From the human T2T-CHM13v2.0 reference genome, Homo sapiens, in the NCBI RefSeq assembly GCF_009914755.1, contig NC_060937.1: DNA of 64,000 nt. One strand, written 5' to 3'. Numbering within the stretch: the stretch's first letter is position 1; each line of letters begins with the position of its first letter. The translations under genes were made by a program, and so were the position numbers. Below the pieces are notes generated by a model. It had not been told where the DNA came from, made no database searches, and saw only the letters and a list, made by a program, of their open reading frames with translations. This document shows positions 36,340 through 57,512 of this stretch, piece after piece.

Positions 36340-37680
36340 AGGGAGTCAACAAATACCATCTTGTTTTCATAAAAGGGAAGAAGGTAGTAGATTCTTGCAA
36401 CTATTAAGGAACATATTAGTAGATTACATTACATAACATATTTTGATAAATTATACTCTAATAATTTGATGCAATCTTACATAAACTTTAAGCAAATTAC
36501 TTGACTTTTTTTAACTATAATGGATGTAAGTACTTTGATAAACCTTTGCTTTTTTCATTGTCAGACGTGATGTTTCTAACCATTTAGGATTGCTTTGAGC
36601 CTTAGATATAATATATTTTAAGTGTATGGCATAGATTATGCTCAGTAAGCAGCCATGCTTGCAATGGTTTTTAAGATTGCTGCTGAAAGAAGCAAGTATC
36701 ACCAAGAGTTAGGATGGGTTCTCTAAAAATAAAGAAGACTACATTTCAATTTTTAAGAGATATATTGCAGGGGTAAAGCATGGAAATGAGTTAGATAGGG
36801 AACAAGGGATTTGATAAGACTTTCCATGACATCCTTTTAAACAATATGGGGAAAATATGGGAGCAATTCAAGGCCAGGTAAATGGATTAGTAACTACTGA
36901 AGGGCTTTATCCAAATGTTGTTAGAGAATTATTAATTAAAAAATGGGTATATGGTACTCATCTATAATATCCTGCAGTACTATATTTCTGCATTTTTGTC
37001 AGTGATTTCAGGAAAAATTAAAACCATATTTAACAAATTTGATATAAAACAATAACAACAAATTAATTGAATAATGAAGTAAGGATCTAATAGATCTTTT
37101 CAGGCAGAAGTAATTAACTGAATGAATTTTAATAGGAATAAATGTAAGATCATGCAGTTGGGTCCAGAAAACCTATGGTTTATAGGTTTATAGGCTTAGA
37201 TGTGAAATGTGAAAATGACCTGCATGGTTTCAATATGGAGATATTATCCTACAGTAATAGAAGTTATATGTAGAATGTGATCTGTAATTACCTTACCTAT
37301 AGAATTATGCTGATAACTGGGCACCCAAGCTTTAAACTAAAAGGTCTTCAGAGGAATATGGCCATAACTGCAAAAAGATTCAAAAGTGCCCTATTAGTGC
37401 TAGGCTGTAACTACCTACAAGTATTTTAAGCGTTCACATATGAAAAAGCTGGATTTCTTACTTGGCAAGACATAAAGTAGTAGAATTGGGACCACTGGGT
37501 AATCACTACAAGAAAGCGTAAAGATAGTAGGACTTTTCACAATGCCTTAGCATCTGATACATTCTCTATCAGTAGAAGTATTCAGGCATAAGCCAAATTC
37601 AGTAGAAATGTGCTTGTAAAGGTTGAAGCATCAAGTGGGTAGCTTGATGAGTTTAAAGCCCCCTTTCATCCTGATGTGAC
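36340..37680 (+). mobile_element. CR1/L3 LINE fossil (ORF2 RT region)
   Basis: Colinear degenerate peptides IKGKKVVDSCNY, FDKTFHDIL and MNFNRNKCKIMQLG resemble CR1 ORF2 motifs. Boundaries approximate. Confidence 0.7.
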
Positions 37681-37802
37681 AACCGTGTAAAAGAGTTGAC
37701 GCACTCATTAAATTACCATGCAAAAGAAATGGTGAACACAAGCTAATTTTGAGGATATTATTTAAAAGATTTCTGTAGTTCGCTTTCCCTGTGTTTTTTT
37801 AG

Positions 37803-37804
<2 letters not shown>

Positions 37805-37839
<35 letters not shown>
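37805..37839. repeat. (GT)17 microsatellite
   Basis: Read directly from the sequence. Confidence 0.95.
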
Positions 37840-37840
<1 letters not shown>

Positions 37841-38636
37841 CAGTAGAGAGACAGAGAATCTACTGAAGTTATTTTGAGTATAGAGTGCCTATGTTGCCTA
37901 TGTGTTTAAACTCATATATTTTGGGAATATCGTATATATTTTGTATATAGTGAAGCTTAAGGAAAAATATTTTATTCTTCAGAGGTTAAATTTTTAATAT
38001 TCAAATATGTGATTCTGGCTTCCTTTGTCACTTCCTATGTTTTAATCTTTATGCGGAATGTGATTTCCCTGAATCATGCTTAAGTAAAGCCTCTGGCATG
38101 CCTATACATAATTTTCTAGTCAGGTATAATTTGTCTCATCTTTTTCATTTATGTTAGAAGTTTTTATTTATCAAATGCCACATTTTTATGATTAAACAAC
38201 CTGTGTTATAAAGAGAAATGTATGGAAACGGTGTGCCATTTTTCAAACGAGTGAAAATGGCTTTTTACTCAAAGACTTTTCTTTTCTACAAAGGAAAGGA
38301 CTTTTCTCAGGCAAATAAAAGACTCATGTATGTCCCAATTCAAGCTCAACAATTTGATAAGTAACAAATACCCAGTTTTCATGAACATGAACAGTTATTA
38401 TGTCGTATTCTGTTGCTTTGAATCCCTGCATGTACTCCTAAGATTCTTTCTTCCAAAAAGTAGAAATTTTAAAATTCAGTGTTTGTAGTAGAATAAATTG
38501 AATACACTGTTACATTCGTGGGCTACTACATAGAATACTATATTGGGATCTAAAATGTAAGGTTGCAATTCAAAATTAATTTTAATAGTGAACTTTTTTC
38601 AGTTATGGTTTGTTTTATTTAAAAAAATATATTCTA

Positions 38637-38762
38637 TGCAAGGTACAGTGGCTCACACTTGTAATCCAGGCACTTTGGGAGGCCAAGGTGAGAGGATTAC
38701 TTGAGCCCAGGAGTTTCAGACCAGCCTGGGCAACATAGTGAAACCTCATCTCTACAAAAAAT
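38637..38762 (+). mobile_element. FLAM_C or Alu left monomer
   Basis: ggtacagtggctcacacttgtaatcc...gaaacctcatctctacaaaaa. Confidence 0.85.
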
Positions 38763-39093
38763 GTAATAATTATTACATATAAGAATATATATTATGTACA
38801 TATATTATGTATTTTAAAAGAATTTTCATTGCAAGTATTTTTAAATTAATATTGTTTGAAATTATGTTTTCAATCCCAACTTCTCTGGTAATGGTAGGAT
38901 TTTTGTCCTCATTTTGTATTAGTACAAGGCCAAAATAAGAAGGCATGGGAAATCAGATAAGCAGAGTAAGTGATTTTTATGTCATATTGGGCTAGTTTAA
39001 AGCTTGATAAAGAAATCAGCTGTCCTAAATTTCCTTTCAGTGCTTTTTTTCATATTTCTATATACTTTTATCTTTATATTTTAATCTGCTACT

Positions 39094-39293
39094 AGGCCAG
39101 AGTGCAGTGGCATGATCTCGGCTCACTGCAGCCTCCACCTCCCAGAGTTCAAGCAGTTCTCATGCTTCAGCCTACTGAGTCGCTGGGACTACAGGTGTGT
39201 GCCACCACACCCGGCTAATTTTTGTATTTTTAGTAGGTATGGGGTTTCGCCATGTTGGCCAGGCTGGCCTCAAACTCCTGACCTCAAGTGATC
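39094..39293 (-). mobile_element. Internal Alu fragment with no tail and no 5' end
   Basis: Alu match starts at aggccagagtgcagtgg and stops at ctcaagtgatc. Confidence 0.85.
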
Positions 39294-39809
39294 AGAAAAA
39301 ACACAGCAATCTTTGAAGCGAAAAATATGGCAACAGAATAAGATGGTAGAAACTAATGAGAGAAACTATATATGAAAATGATAGTATAGAAATAAAAAGG
39401 AATGGAAGAGAAATAGTATTTAGGGTCAGGGGAGTTCCGGAAAACCATGTTGGTAATTTGAGGCTGGAGGTTTCTAGAGCAGAAAAAAGAATAAAGTGAT
39501 GAAAACAGTTAGAGAAAAAGTAATTGACAGGGAGGACAGACAGTATATATTCATCTTCAGTGTGCCAAGGGAAGAAAACAAAATGGACCAGGAAAAAAAA
39601 CATTTAGAGATTCAATAGAAGAAAACATTTTCTGAAATAAGGAATCTGCAATTTAGAAGAACTCATCACATTCTGGGTAGTGGGAAGAGGATGGGAAACA
39701 GCAATGTTGTAAATCTAAGTGAAGTTACAGAACATGAATGTTAAAGGAATAGAATTAGAAGTATCTGCGCAAAATAAGTAAGTCATTTACTAAGGAAAAA
39801 ATAAATCTA

Positions 39810-39940
39810 AGCTGCATGCAGTGGCATGCCTATAGACCCAGGTACTTGGGAGGCTGAGGCAAGAGAATCGCTAAAGTCCAGGAGTTGAGGACCAGCCTAG
39901 GTGACATAGTGGGATGCCCATCTCAAATAAATAAATTAAT
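39810..39940 (+). mobile_element. FLAM_A-like monomer
   Basis: gcagtggcatgcctatagacccagg...ccagcctaggtgacatagtg followed by an aaataaataaat tail. Confidence 0.75.
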
Positions 39941-40854
39941 TAATTTGGTTGAGCTCAAGGTTTTCTTCCATAATAATACTTTATTTATTTAGCAATATTT
40001 ATTAACCACCAAGCACCATTTTCAGGCACTGTGATTAAGGGTTTGACAAGATGAAAGGCTCTCTGTCTTAATGGAACTTGTATTTCTGTGATGTAAATCA
40101 GAAAATATACAAATAACAATAATTTTTAGAGAGTAGCAGTTATTTGAAATATATGAAATTGAGTATGATTCAGGGAGGTTTGCAGTCTGAAAGATGAGAA
40201 GGAATCAGTCATGTGAGGTCCCATGAAACATATTACCTATAAGGCCTTCCTGAAAAACCTACTGGAAATTGTAACTTCACCAAAGAAGGAAAGAATCAAA
40301 GAACTCATGGACTGAGATGTCAGGGTAAAGAAGAACTGGAAGTGAACGTTTAGTGTAAAATGTAATCTTAATGACCTTTGTCATTTTGGTTACAAAAGAT
40401 TGTAATCATAATTGTTAACAAGAAATTATAACATAAAAATAATAGAAGTAGAGGCGAAATAGCAGAAACTTGCAACTAAAATTAGGGAATTGATGGTAAG
40501 AGAAATAGTGTTTGTACATATATAATGTTCTCAGATTTCATGAAAGAATCAATAGTTTTATGAAGAAATACATGTTTTAATATATAATTTAAAACTATAA
40601 ATGGAACAGACTATATATTTTGCATACTACCAGAGGAGGGAAAAAGATCAATCACAGGCTATATAACAAAGGACAGACAGCAAAGCAAACACCAAAGAAG
40701 TAAAAAAACAGAGACCATAAATTAAGATGGAAGAAGGCTACACCCATCTTTTCTAATAGCAATTGTAAATGTGACAAACACACCATGTATATAGGAAAAG
40801 AAATACAGTTTGGATTAAAAAATAAAATTTTTTCCACATTAATAAGTGACTCAG

Positions 40855-41175
<321 letters not shown>

Positions 41176-43373
41176 TTAAAGATGGAAAAAAGACAAAGTA
41201 ATACAGAATTAAAACTATTCTGCAATAATTTATTAAGGATTGTCTTAAAATAATTCAGAACCTTGAGAATCCCTCTGTAATGACACTATGTACACAATAA
41301 AGATATACTCAAAAATCTTTACGTGTGAGATTTCCAAGAGGGAAAGTGCTTATTTTCCCATTCTGGGTTCCATGCCCAGCCTAGGCAGCTCAACTGTTGC
41401 CAGAGGCAATGATCACAATTTAAAAACATGGTTTAGGGGTATGTATACTGTCTAGATAAAGTTCTAAATAAAAAGCATGCTGAACAGATAATTCAGTTAA
41501 TTGCTTATTATGGTTCCTGCTTCAAAACACATTTGATGAAGCAAGGAAACTAAACTCAGAAAATATAAACAAGTTGGAATCATGTTGTTAATTCATAAGC
41601 ACTTATTAACTAAATCCTGCTTAAGGCCACATTAAAGTTACAATTACGGATATATATTTAAGTGTGTGACTCATAAATTAGCTTAAAAATCAGGTTCATT
41701 CATCTTACAGACCTTGCTTGAGAGTGAGGAGGATGGGGTGTTCCATGGTCTTTTCTAAGTCTAGCCAGCTGCCTCCCAAATGTGTAATTCGGGGTTACAC
41801 GTTGAGAGAGTAGACTGAATCAATACAAATATGTAAGTGTTACTAGAAAAAGAACTCAAGTACATGTTCTTCCGATTATTCATCAATAGCATCAAAAGGA
41901 AATGATGTGGATGAAGGAAACATTATATGTGTGCACATTTTTTAGGATGTTTCTTAGAAATCTAGCGTCATAGTTGGTCATTATGCTTGTGAACTGAAAA
42001 CCAGAGAAAGTAAGAGTGAGTTGTGTGTGTGCGCATGTGCGTGCATGTGTGTGTGTTCATACAGCTTTCTTTATAGGCTGCTGCTCTGTTGCCATAGGGG
42101 GAACTTTTTATAGATTTACATTTGGTAAATATACCCACATCCAAAAAAAGACGTATGAAAAATTGGGATGCCAGCTAACTAAATCAACTCATAAAAACTA
42201 AAGTTAAGGGTAAGATTATTTTCCACGATTATTTTAAAATATGATGTTTACTGGAAGGAAAGTCCAGAGAATTACCACAGATGAAGTGTGAGTGTATTTC
42301 TCCCACTTGTAAATGAGCTCTTATTTCCTACAGTGTATATTCTGGTCCACAATGAGTCATTTTCAACATGTTTCAGTTTAACTTCTAATACATTTTTAAA
42401 CTTGGCAGGCAAATTTAGATGAACATTACTTCCAGTTTTAGAGACTGCTTCTAAATTATACTTCAGTGGTGTAGTCATCATGAAAAGTTCTTTCAGTAAA
42501 AGGAAACAGGATTGATTGGAAATGTATGTTTTGGAGGAGCAAAAAAATGGTTACCATTTTTAAATTTTGTTACTACATAAACCCTGTTAACATTATCTTA
42601 AAAAGTTGTAGATGTGAGGTCCTTTTATGGATAGAAGATACTTTAGAGAAGAGAATATATGATGTATCCTAGATAATAATAAAGTTAATATTTATTAAAC
42701 TTTTACTATGCCTAGCATTGTTTAACTGTTCTATACGTATTAGCTATTTTAATGCCTGCATAATAGGCAGTAGTATGTTTTCTGTAAGCCATTCAGGCCG
42801 TGTTTCTATTAGAAAACATGAAGCCCGGCACAGTTCTGGCCGTTTGACTAAAACTTTATGTTTGTAAAAACTAGCAATTTATATAGAGAATTTTACATAG
42901 TTGCCAGCTCTGAATAAGTATTTAATAATTACCTTGTATAAATTTATGCAATCCTGTGAATCTTCTGGCAAATTTCAGTGGCCAATCTATCTACTGTTAT
43001 CTTTTAAATATGCTTGATTTTTGTTACTATAATTTTTACACTGTGTCTTATTATTTTTAACACTTTAAAAGTTCATAAAAATTTAGTTTGAAAAATGCTT
43101 CAAGATGATTGCAAGCATTGCATTCATTTTGCAAATGAGGAAACAAGTCTAAAGAAGTAATATGGCTTGTCCTCAGTTACACTGTTACTAGAAACGGAGC
43201 CATAATTACACATCTGTTCTCTTTGTTCCCATCCCAGTTGTTCTTTCTGCCACACCAGTATGTTATACTTAGTAAACAGTATATGAAGCATAATATGTGT
43301 GAAGTTGAACATCAGTAGGTATATTTTTGTTCTCAAATATACACATCAAAAACAACACAATTTAAAACTATAC

Positions 43374-43831
43374 TGTATTAATTTCATAGGGTTGCAATGA
43401 TAAATTGCCAAAACTTGGTGGCAAAACAACAGTAATTTATTCTCCATTCTAGAGGCCAGAACTCTGAAACTAAGATGTTGACATGGCTTTACTGTCTCCT
43501 AAGGCTCTAGGGGTAATCCTTTGCTTGCTTCTTCCAGCTTCTGGGGGCCTCCAGGCATTCCTTGGCTTCCTTGGCTTGTAACCGTATCACTCTAGTCTCT
43601 GCCTCTGTCTTCATGTGGCTTTCTCCTTTGTGTGCCTCTTATATGGATATATCTGATTGCATGTACGGCACACTCAGATAATTCAGGACAGGTCTCTCAT
43701 CTCAAGATGCTTAACTTAATCACATCTACAAAGACTCTTTTTCCAAATAAGGTAATAGTCACAGCTTTTGGGAGTTAGGACATGGACTTCTCTTTTTTGG
43801 CAGGGTTGGGGGCACCATTCAACCTACCACA
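43374..43831 (-). mobile_element. MLT1 solo LTR (MLT1C-like)
   Basis: TG...CA termini with perfect 5-bp TSD tatac. Confidence 0.85.
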
Positions 43832-44518
43832 TATACCTTTTAATTCATGTGAATTATATTTACTTGAGTTCTTCAATAAAGGTAACATTTTATTTTGAAA
43901 TGATTTAACTAAAATTTTCTAATTTTAGGAGTTACTGAAATTCTATGATATTTCTATGGACTATCTTTCAACCTACTAGCTGTTGAACAAAATCATACCT
44001 TAGAGATTCTAGAATCTGCCATTTGATCTATGACATACATTTATTATGACTTAAAAGTCTTCCTGTGTGACTTTTAATAACATTCTTTAAGAACATCATG
44101 ACAGTGACATTAAGATTAAAGAAACAGTAGTTATACATTTTTAACAGATACAGTATAAAAACCTAGCTTTAGACAAGCTATGTTAGCTTCATTTAGGCCA
44201 TTTAATTGCTAGCAATTAAATTTTGCTCTACTGTGTTTGAGATCCTTTAGATTTGGGATGCTCTTATAATGACTATTTCATGTTTTATTTTCGTTCCTTA
44301 TTTTTTTCATTCAAGTGATTCCTGATTTTAATAAATGTTTATGCATAATGTGTATCTTTGTATTATATATCCCAGATGTATGATCACTTAGTTTCTGCTT
44401 CTGTAGAAATTATTGCTAGATGTGAAGATATGCTGAATTCATTTTAGCCATTGAAAGTATATTACTGTAAATGAAAGGAAAAACAACCAATATATAAGTC
44501 TGTGCTTCATACAGTTAT

Positions 44519-44878
44519 TGATATGGTTTGGGTCTGTGTCCCCACCCAAATCTCACCTTGTAGCTCCCATAATTCTTATGTGTTGTGGGAGGGACCAGGT
44601 GGAAGATAATTGAATCACGGGGGCAGATCTTTCCCATGCTGTTCTTGTGATAGTAAATAAGTCTAACAAGATCTGGTGGTTTTAAAAATGGGAGCTTCCC
44701 TGCACAAGCTCTCTCTCTTTGTCTGCCACCATCCACAAAAGATGTGACTTGCTCCTCCTTGCCTTCACAAGGAGGCCTCCTCAGCCATGTGGAACTGTAA
44801 GTCCATTAAACCTCTTTTTTTGTAAATTATCCAGTCTCAGGTATGTCTTTATCAGCCACATGAAAATGGACTAATACA
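44519..44878 (+). mobile_element. THE1 solo LTR
   Basis: tgatatggtttgg...aaatggactaataca, 360 bp, perfect 5-bp TSD gttat. Confidence 0.92.
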
Positions 44879-45502
44879 GTTATTAATAGAATTAAATGAA
44901 ATTCTTTATTTAAAGTACTCAAAAAATATTAACTATTATTATTACCATCATCTAGTTAGTTGATTTTTAAAGTAAGATGTGTCTATGTTCTCTTTTCAGC
45001 ACCATAAAGGTAGAGCAGTCTCTGACTAGATCTGGTAAAAAAATATTTTATGCAGATGAGTAAACTTCACTATTACAATGAGCTCTCTAAAGAAAGAGTC
45101 CCCTTTCCTCAACTTACTGTATATTCTAATTGTTAGCAACTCATTCAATTGGGATTTTTCTTGCATCTTTTTGTAAATTATAAAGAAGATCCATGTGTTT
45201 TAAAATTGATGTGCTTTTTAAAACTCCAAGGTAGTGTGTTTTCATTTTACAAATGGAAAGTGTCGGTATTTTTTGTAAAAAGTAGAAAATTAGTTTATGC
45301 GTCTTCAAATAGCAAAGCTTAATTAGACAGTCGCATATCTATCATTAAAATTCAAATGTTTTAATTCACTTGGACCCCAAATGTGAATTTCTCTTGGCTA
45401 GATTATTCATAGATTCTCTGCATGTAATGATGCCTATGGTTTCTAAAATTCTTTTTGTCTAAAATCATGAAGATGGCAGATGCACAAAATAATACATCTC
45501 TG

Positions 45503-45812
45503 GGCTGTGTGTGGTGGTTCACACCTGTAATCCCAACACTTTAGGAGGCTGAGGCAGGAGGATTACTGGAGGCCAGGAGTTCAGGAACAGCCTGGCAACA
45601 AAGTGAGACCCCATCTCTGCACACATACAAAAAAATTAACCACGCAGAGTGGGCATGTGCCTATAATCTCAGCTCCTCAGGAGGCTGAGGTTGAAGGATC
45701 CCTTGAGCCTTGGACTTTAAGGCTGCACTGAGCTAAGATGGTGCCACTATGCCCCTGCCTGAGCAACAGAATAAAACCCTGTCTCTTTATTAAAAAAGAA
45801 AAAAAAAAAAAA
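45503..45812 (+). mobile_element. AluJ
   Basis: Diverged dimer with A tail. Confidence 0.85.
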
Positions 45813-46187
45813 AGACTATTTCTCCTTGCCTTCAGGCAAGAATGCACCCAGATCATCCTAGTCTGATAGGCTATCCATATGCAAACCTGTAAAGGAACTC
45901 ACATACCTGTAAAGGTACTCACGTACCTGTAAATGACAATGAAATGTTAGCTTCAAAATAGTTTATATAAGTAGTTTACAGGAAAGTCAAGGTATGATAA
46001 ATAACCTGTCATTTATAAGAATGGAATGTTCTGTATGTTGGTGTAACAAAACATGTCTATTCTTTTGTGTCATGTTTTGCCATTGGTTAAGCCATACATT
46101 TGATTAAGAAGTAAGTCAGCAGATACTTCAACTTGGTATCCAGTATAACCAATATCACCTCTTCATTATAGAAACAACCTCTTCCAT

Positions 46188-46335
46188 GGCTGGGTGCAGT
46201 GATTCATTCCTGTAATCCCTACACTTTGGGAGGCCATGGTGGGAGGATCACTAGAGGCTACGAGTTTGAAACCAGGCTGGGCAACATAGTGAGACCCCAG
46301 CTCTCCCAAAAAGTAAAAAAAAAAAAAAAAAAAAA
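46188..46335 (+). mobile_element. FLAM_C or Alu left monomer
   Basis: Monomer plus long A tail; TSD-like gaaac(a/t)ac(c/t)tcttcc. Confidence 0.85.
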
Positions 46336-46397
46336 AGATGAAACTACTTCTTCCCCATTATTGTCTGTACCCTAACTAAATATTAAGCATTCCACTT

Positions 46398-47140
46398 GAG
46401 ATACCATCTCACACCAGTTAGAATGGCAATCATTAAAAAGTCAGGAAACAACAGGTGCTGGAGAGGATGTGGAGAAATAGGAACACTTTTACACTGTTGG
46501 TGGGACTGTAAACTAGTTCAACCATTGTGGAAGTCAGTGTGGCGATTCCTCAGGGATCTAGAAGTAGAAATACCATTTGACCCAGCCATCCCATTACTGG
46601 GTATATACCCAAAGGACTATAATTCATGCTGCTATAAAGACACATGCACACGTATGTTTATCACGGCATTATTCACAATAGCAAAGACTTGGAACCAACC
46701 CAAATGTCCAACAATGGTAGACTGGATTGAGAAAGTGTGGCACGTGTACACCATGGGATACTATGCAGCCATAAAAAATGATGAGTTCATGTCCTTTGTA
46801 GGGACATGGATGAAATTGGAAATCATCATTCTCAGTAAACTATTGCAAGGACAAAAAACCAAGCACTGCATGTTCTCACTCATGGATGGGAATTGAACAA
46901 TGAGAGCACATGGACACAGGAAGGGGAACATCACACTCTGGGGACTGTTGTGGGGTGGGAGGAGGGGGAAGGGATAGCATTAGGAGATATACGTAATGCT
47001 AAATGACGAGTTAATGGGTGCAGCACACCAGCATGGCACATATATACATGTGTAACTAACCTGCACATTGTGCACATGTACCCTAAAACTTAAAGTATAA
47101 TAATAATAAAAAAAAATAAATAATAAAAAAATAAAAAATA
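46398..47140 (+). mobile_element. Young L1 3' fragment (L1PA3-like)
   Basis: Open ORF2 C-terminus ([19 protein letters not shown]), 3'UTR gctaaatgacgagttaatggg, A tail; perfect TSD aagcattccactt at 46385-46397 and 47141-47153. Confidence 0.93.
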
Positions 47141-48650
47141 AAGCATTCCACTTATAAGAAAGTTATTAGCTCTGATCGCCTCTCTTTATTCTTATGTATG
47201 AGTTTTCATTCCACAAGTTTTAGACACTGTTTATAAAGTATAAGGTATACCAAGGCATAGCTAAAGGTTGTGGCTACTTAACCCCCCACCTCCACACACA
47301 CACACATATATATATATCTTTAATGATAGAGACCACTAGAGCAGTATTGACTTAAATGGCTCAAATATTTCATGAGTTTTCAATAAAAAAGACTAGCAAT
47401 AGTAATTCTTTTGAGTTTATTTAGGTAGAATTATGAAAAAGTTATCTTTTTTCTTTTTATTAATTTTGTTTGTAAAAATTATAATTTAATTGTATAAGCA
47501 CTTTTATGAATTTTTAATTGCAGATACCATCTGATAAATGTTATAAATTTGTTCCCACATAATTGTACATGACATACAATTCCATATAGCTAAACTCATT
47601 TTCCATTACCATTTTATAATAGAACCTAATGGAAATTAATTACCATGACTGCCTTTTTCCTGTGAGAATTAAGTCTCCATAGCCCATTCTATGAACTGTT
47701 CTCTGCCTTCCTTAATTCTTTAATGTATAGATGAACCTAACATTCCCTTCCTGTCGATTTCAAATGTTTAATGTTGCTTGCCTTGTTTCCTTTTATTTTA
47801 AATGAGAGCCGACATTATGAACTCAGCACTTTACTGAGTACATCAAAAGGCAAAAGAGAAACGTATCTCTCCCCATGGTTTCAGATGAGAATCTGGAGAA
47901 AAATATGTACGTGTGCTCAGATTTCTCTTTGTTGGAGTATGGACTATGGAAAGAGAAATAAAATGCCAAAGTATCTCTCTAAACTTTCCTATGGTGGGCT
48001 AGAAATTGTTCAAGTCAATATTTATTGAACCTTTGTGCATGACACACTGTAGAGAATTTTAAAAATTAAAACAATTTCAGTTTTGAAAGAGCTGAAATAC
48101 ATATATACATATTTATATTTTAAAGCAAAATTTTATATATGTTAAGAAGTCTGTTGTAGGCTGTGAATGTCCCTATCTGTTTTGGAAATGGCCTTTTAGA
48201 AGAGGTGGTACATGAAACAAGCATTTGAAGTGTGAAATTTGACATGCAGATATAAGAGAAGACTATTCCAAAAATTTTGTAAACCTAAATATAGAAGAAA
48301 CAAAAGAATTTTCAAAAAAAAAAAAAAACAGATAATTCATTCACCTGATTCAGAGTGTACAAGTAGATAGGAGATAAGGATAGACAGTTTCATTTTTTGG
48401 TAGAATGTCAGAATAAAGAGCTTTTATTTACTTCAGTGTGCAGTGAGGGCTGACATGATGAGATTTACATTTTAGAGAATTAGCTTGGCAGTAATATATG
48501 TATATATATTTATGGTAATTCAAGATGCCCTGAATAGGAGTTCCTGAAGTCCAGATGATTGGTAACTATGGCCTGAATTGGATGGTGGCATAGATAATAA
48601 AGATGGGAAAATTGGTTTTAGAAATACAACTTGGACGTGATGGGTGGTAG

Positions 48651-49090
<440 letters not shown>

Positions 49091-49469
49091 CAAGTGATCT
49101 TTCTCTAAAAGATTGCAGTCATGATTAGAGCTTCCCCTTCCACATCATCTTTTCCTAGCTCTGGAAAAATAGGTTGGAGCTCACTTGCACCACTTGTCAG
49201 TCTTCTGCCATATATACATGCTAATATCCTCTCTTAAACCTTATCAGAGTTCTACGCAAGAACTCTTAGTTGGAGTTTTTACTGCAAGCCCAACTAATAA
49301 CATAGTCATAATTTTATTTCCTGTTAGCTACTAGCCCCTTTTTCAGAAGCCTCATGGTAAGGGAATGCTTATTTTAATAAAGCATTTAGACATTTTTTGA
49401 ATTCACCCTAATATCATTTAATAGCACCCAGTCCCTGTATCATCACTAACAGATGGATCCTCTTACAAT

Positions 49470-49710
49470 AGAGGCAATATAAGTTACGTTTAAGAGTACA
49501 GTTTCTGGAGGGTAAATAGCCTAGGAGGTTATGATACTGGCTCTATTGTTCCTGGGTGCATGACTTCAGGGAAGTTACTTAACCTCTATGTCTCAGTTTC
49601 CTCATGTATAAAATATAATAATAGTAACTTATAGAATTGTGAGGATTAAATGAGTGTTAGAGATAGTGTTTGTTACATAATGTGTTAAATATTAGCTATT
49701 GTGATTATTA
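49470..49710 (+). mobile_element. MIR
   Basis: gggaagttacttaacctctatgtctcagtttcctcat...gaggattaaatgag core. Confidence 0.8.
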
Positions 49711-50189
49711 CGGGATTCAGTAACTGACAATAATTGAAAGTATCTTGGAGAGTTATCAATGATTCCTGCAGAATTTTCTGGGTAGTTTGAGATGATAGTG
49801 ATTTCATTATCAGAAATAGGACTTTGAGAAAACAGAAGTGATTCATGTGTTAATGAAGGCTATAATTTTGATTTAGGAATTGTACTTGAAATGCTAAAGC
49901 ACCATTTAGGTATAGAAATAGAGTTGACATATAAGAATAAGGATCTCGAACCTGGGAGAAAGAACAAGCCTATACATAAAGATTTGGGATATATCAAGAA
50001 TGCTGAAACCTGTAGTAAGTGCCCTGAAATTTGGGAAGAGATTTAATAATTGCTGTGGAGTAATATTGTGCTAAATGTTTTAGGAGTTTTGTTTAATTAA
50101 TTTTATTCTCAGTTTTTATTTCTCATAATTGCTTTGTATGAGGAAATTAAGGCTCCAGGAGGTTTTCTGAAAATGCCATGGCTAGAATT

Positions 50190-52240
<2,051 letters not shown>

Positions 52241-52254
52241 GGCTTAAGTGGCTG

Positions 52255-56700
<4,446 letters not shown>

Positions 56701-57179
56701 TTGTTGGGCACATAAATGTTAGGAATTATATATTTTCTGGGAGGAAGAACTTCAAAAAGGAAAGTTTGCAAATGTAAGCTAAATGTGAGATTTCAGGAGG
56801 TTAAAGTGTTTTTAGTATCAGGAAGTCAAGGAGATCTACAATCCTCCCAACCAGAGAAGGAATGTTCTGAGTTAGGAGTGTAGGGAAAGAAAGAAAATTA
56901 GAATATAAGCAATTTTAAGGTAGAGAGGAGGGAATTGAAATAAACCCTTGTTGGATAGATCTTGACCTTAGTAAAAGGAAGTCATCAAATGACAATGGAG
57001 AGGGCTCCAAATGACCTGAGAGTCTTAATAAAAGAAGGCAGTTTTTAGAATGACAACTATAGAGAATACAATAATGTAATACCTTGGGAATAAAAGAATT
57101 CCAAGCAGCAATAAGAGCTAGGTCATGGACTTGGTCAGTATGGCATCCCTAATTTTCCACAGCTTCTCTTAATTCAAGT

Positions 57180-57512
57180 CAGAGGTCGACAAACTATGGC
57201 CGATAGGCCAAATCCAGCCTACCATCTGTTTTTGGACAGCCTGCAAGCTAAGATTGGTTTGTGTGGTTTTTTTTAATTATGAGGGGGAAATAAAAATAAA
57301 AATAAATATTTAATGACACATGAAAATTATATGAAATGTAGATGTTAGTGTATATAAAGTTTTATTGGAACACAAACTCATTTGTTTACATATTGTCTAT
57401 GGCTGCTTTTATGCTACAACCGCACATTTGAGTTGTTGCAACAGAAACTTTTTGGCCCACAAAGCCTAAAATACTTACTCTTTGGTCCTTTACAAAACAT
57501 GTCTGCATGCCA
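57180..57512 (+). mobile_element. hAT-Charlie MITE (MER58B-like)
   Basis: cagaggtcgacaaactatggcc...ggccaaatccagcc...tggcccacaaagcctaaaatac...tggtcctttaca. Confidence 0.75.

Noticed and set aside
46396-46896. 166-aa Cys-rich ORF
   Set aside because: It is the C-terminus of L1 ORF2 in a 5'-truncated copy, with a TTG start formed at the TSD junction.
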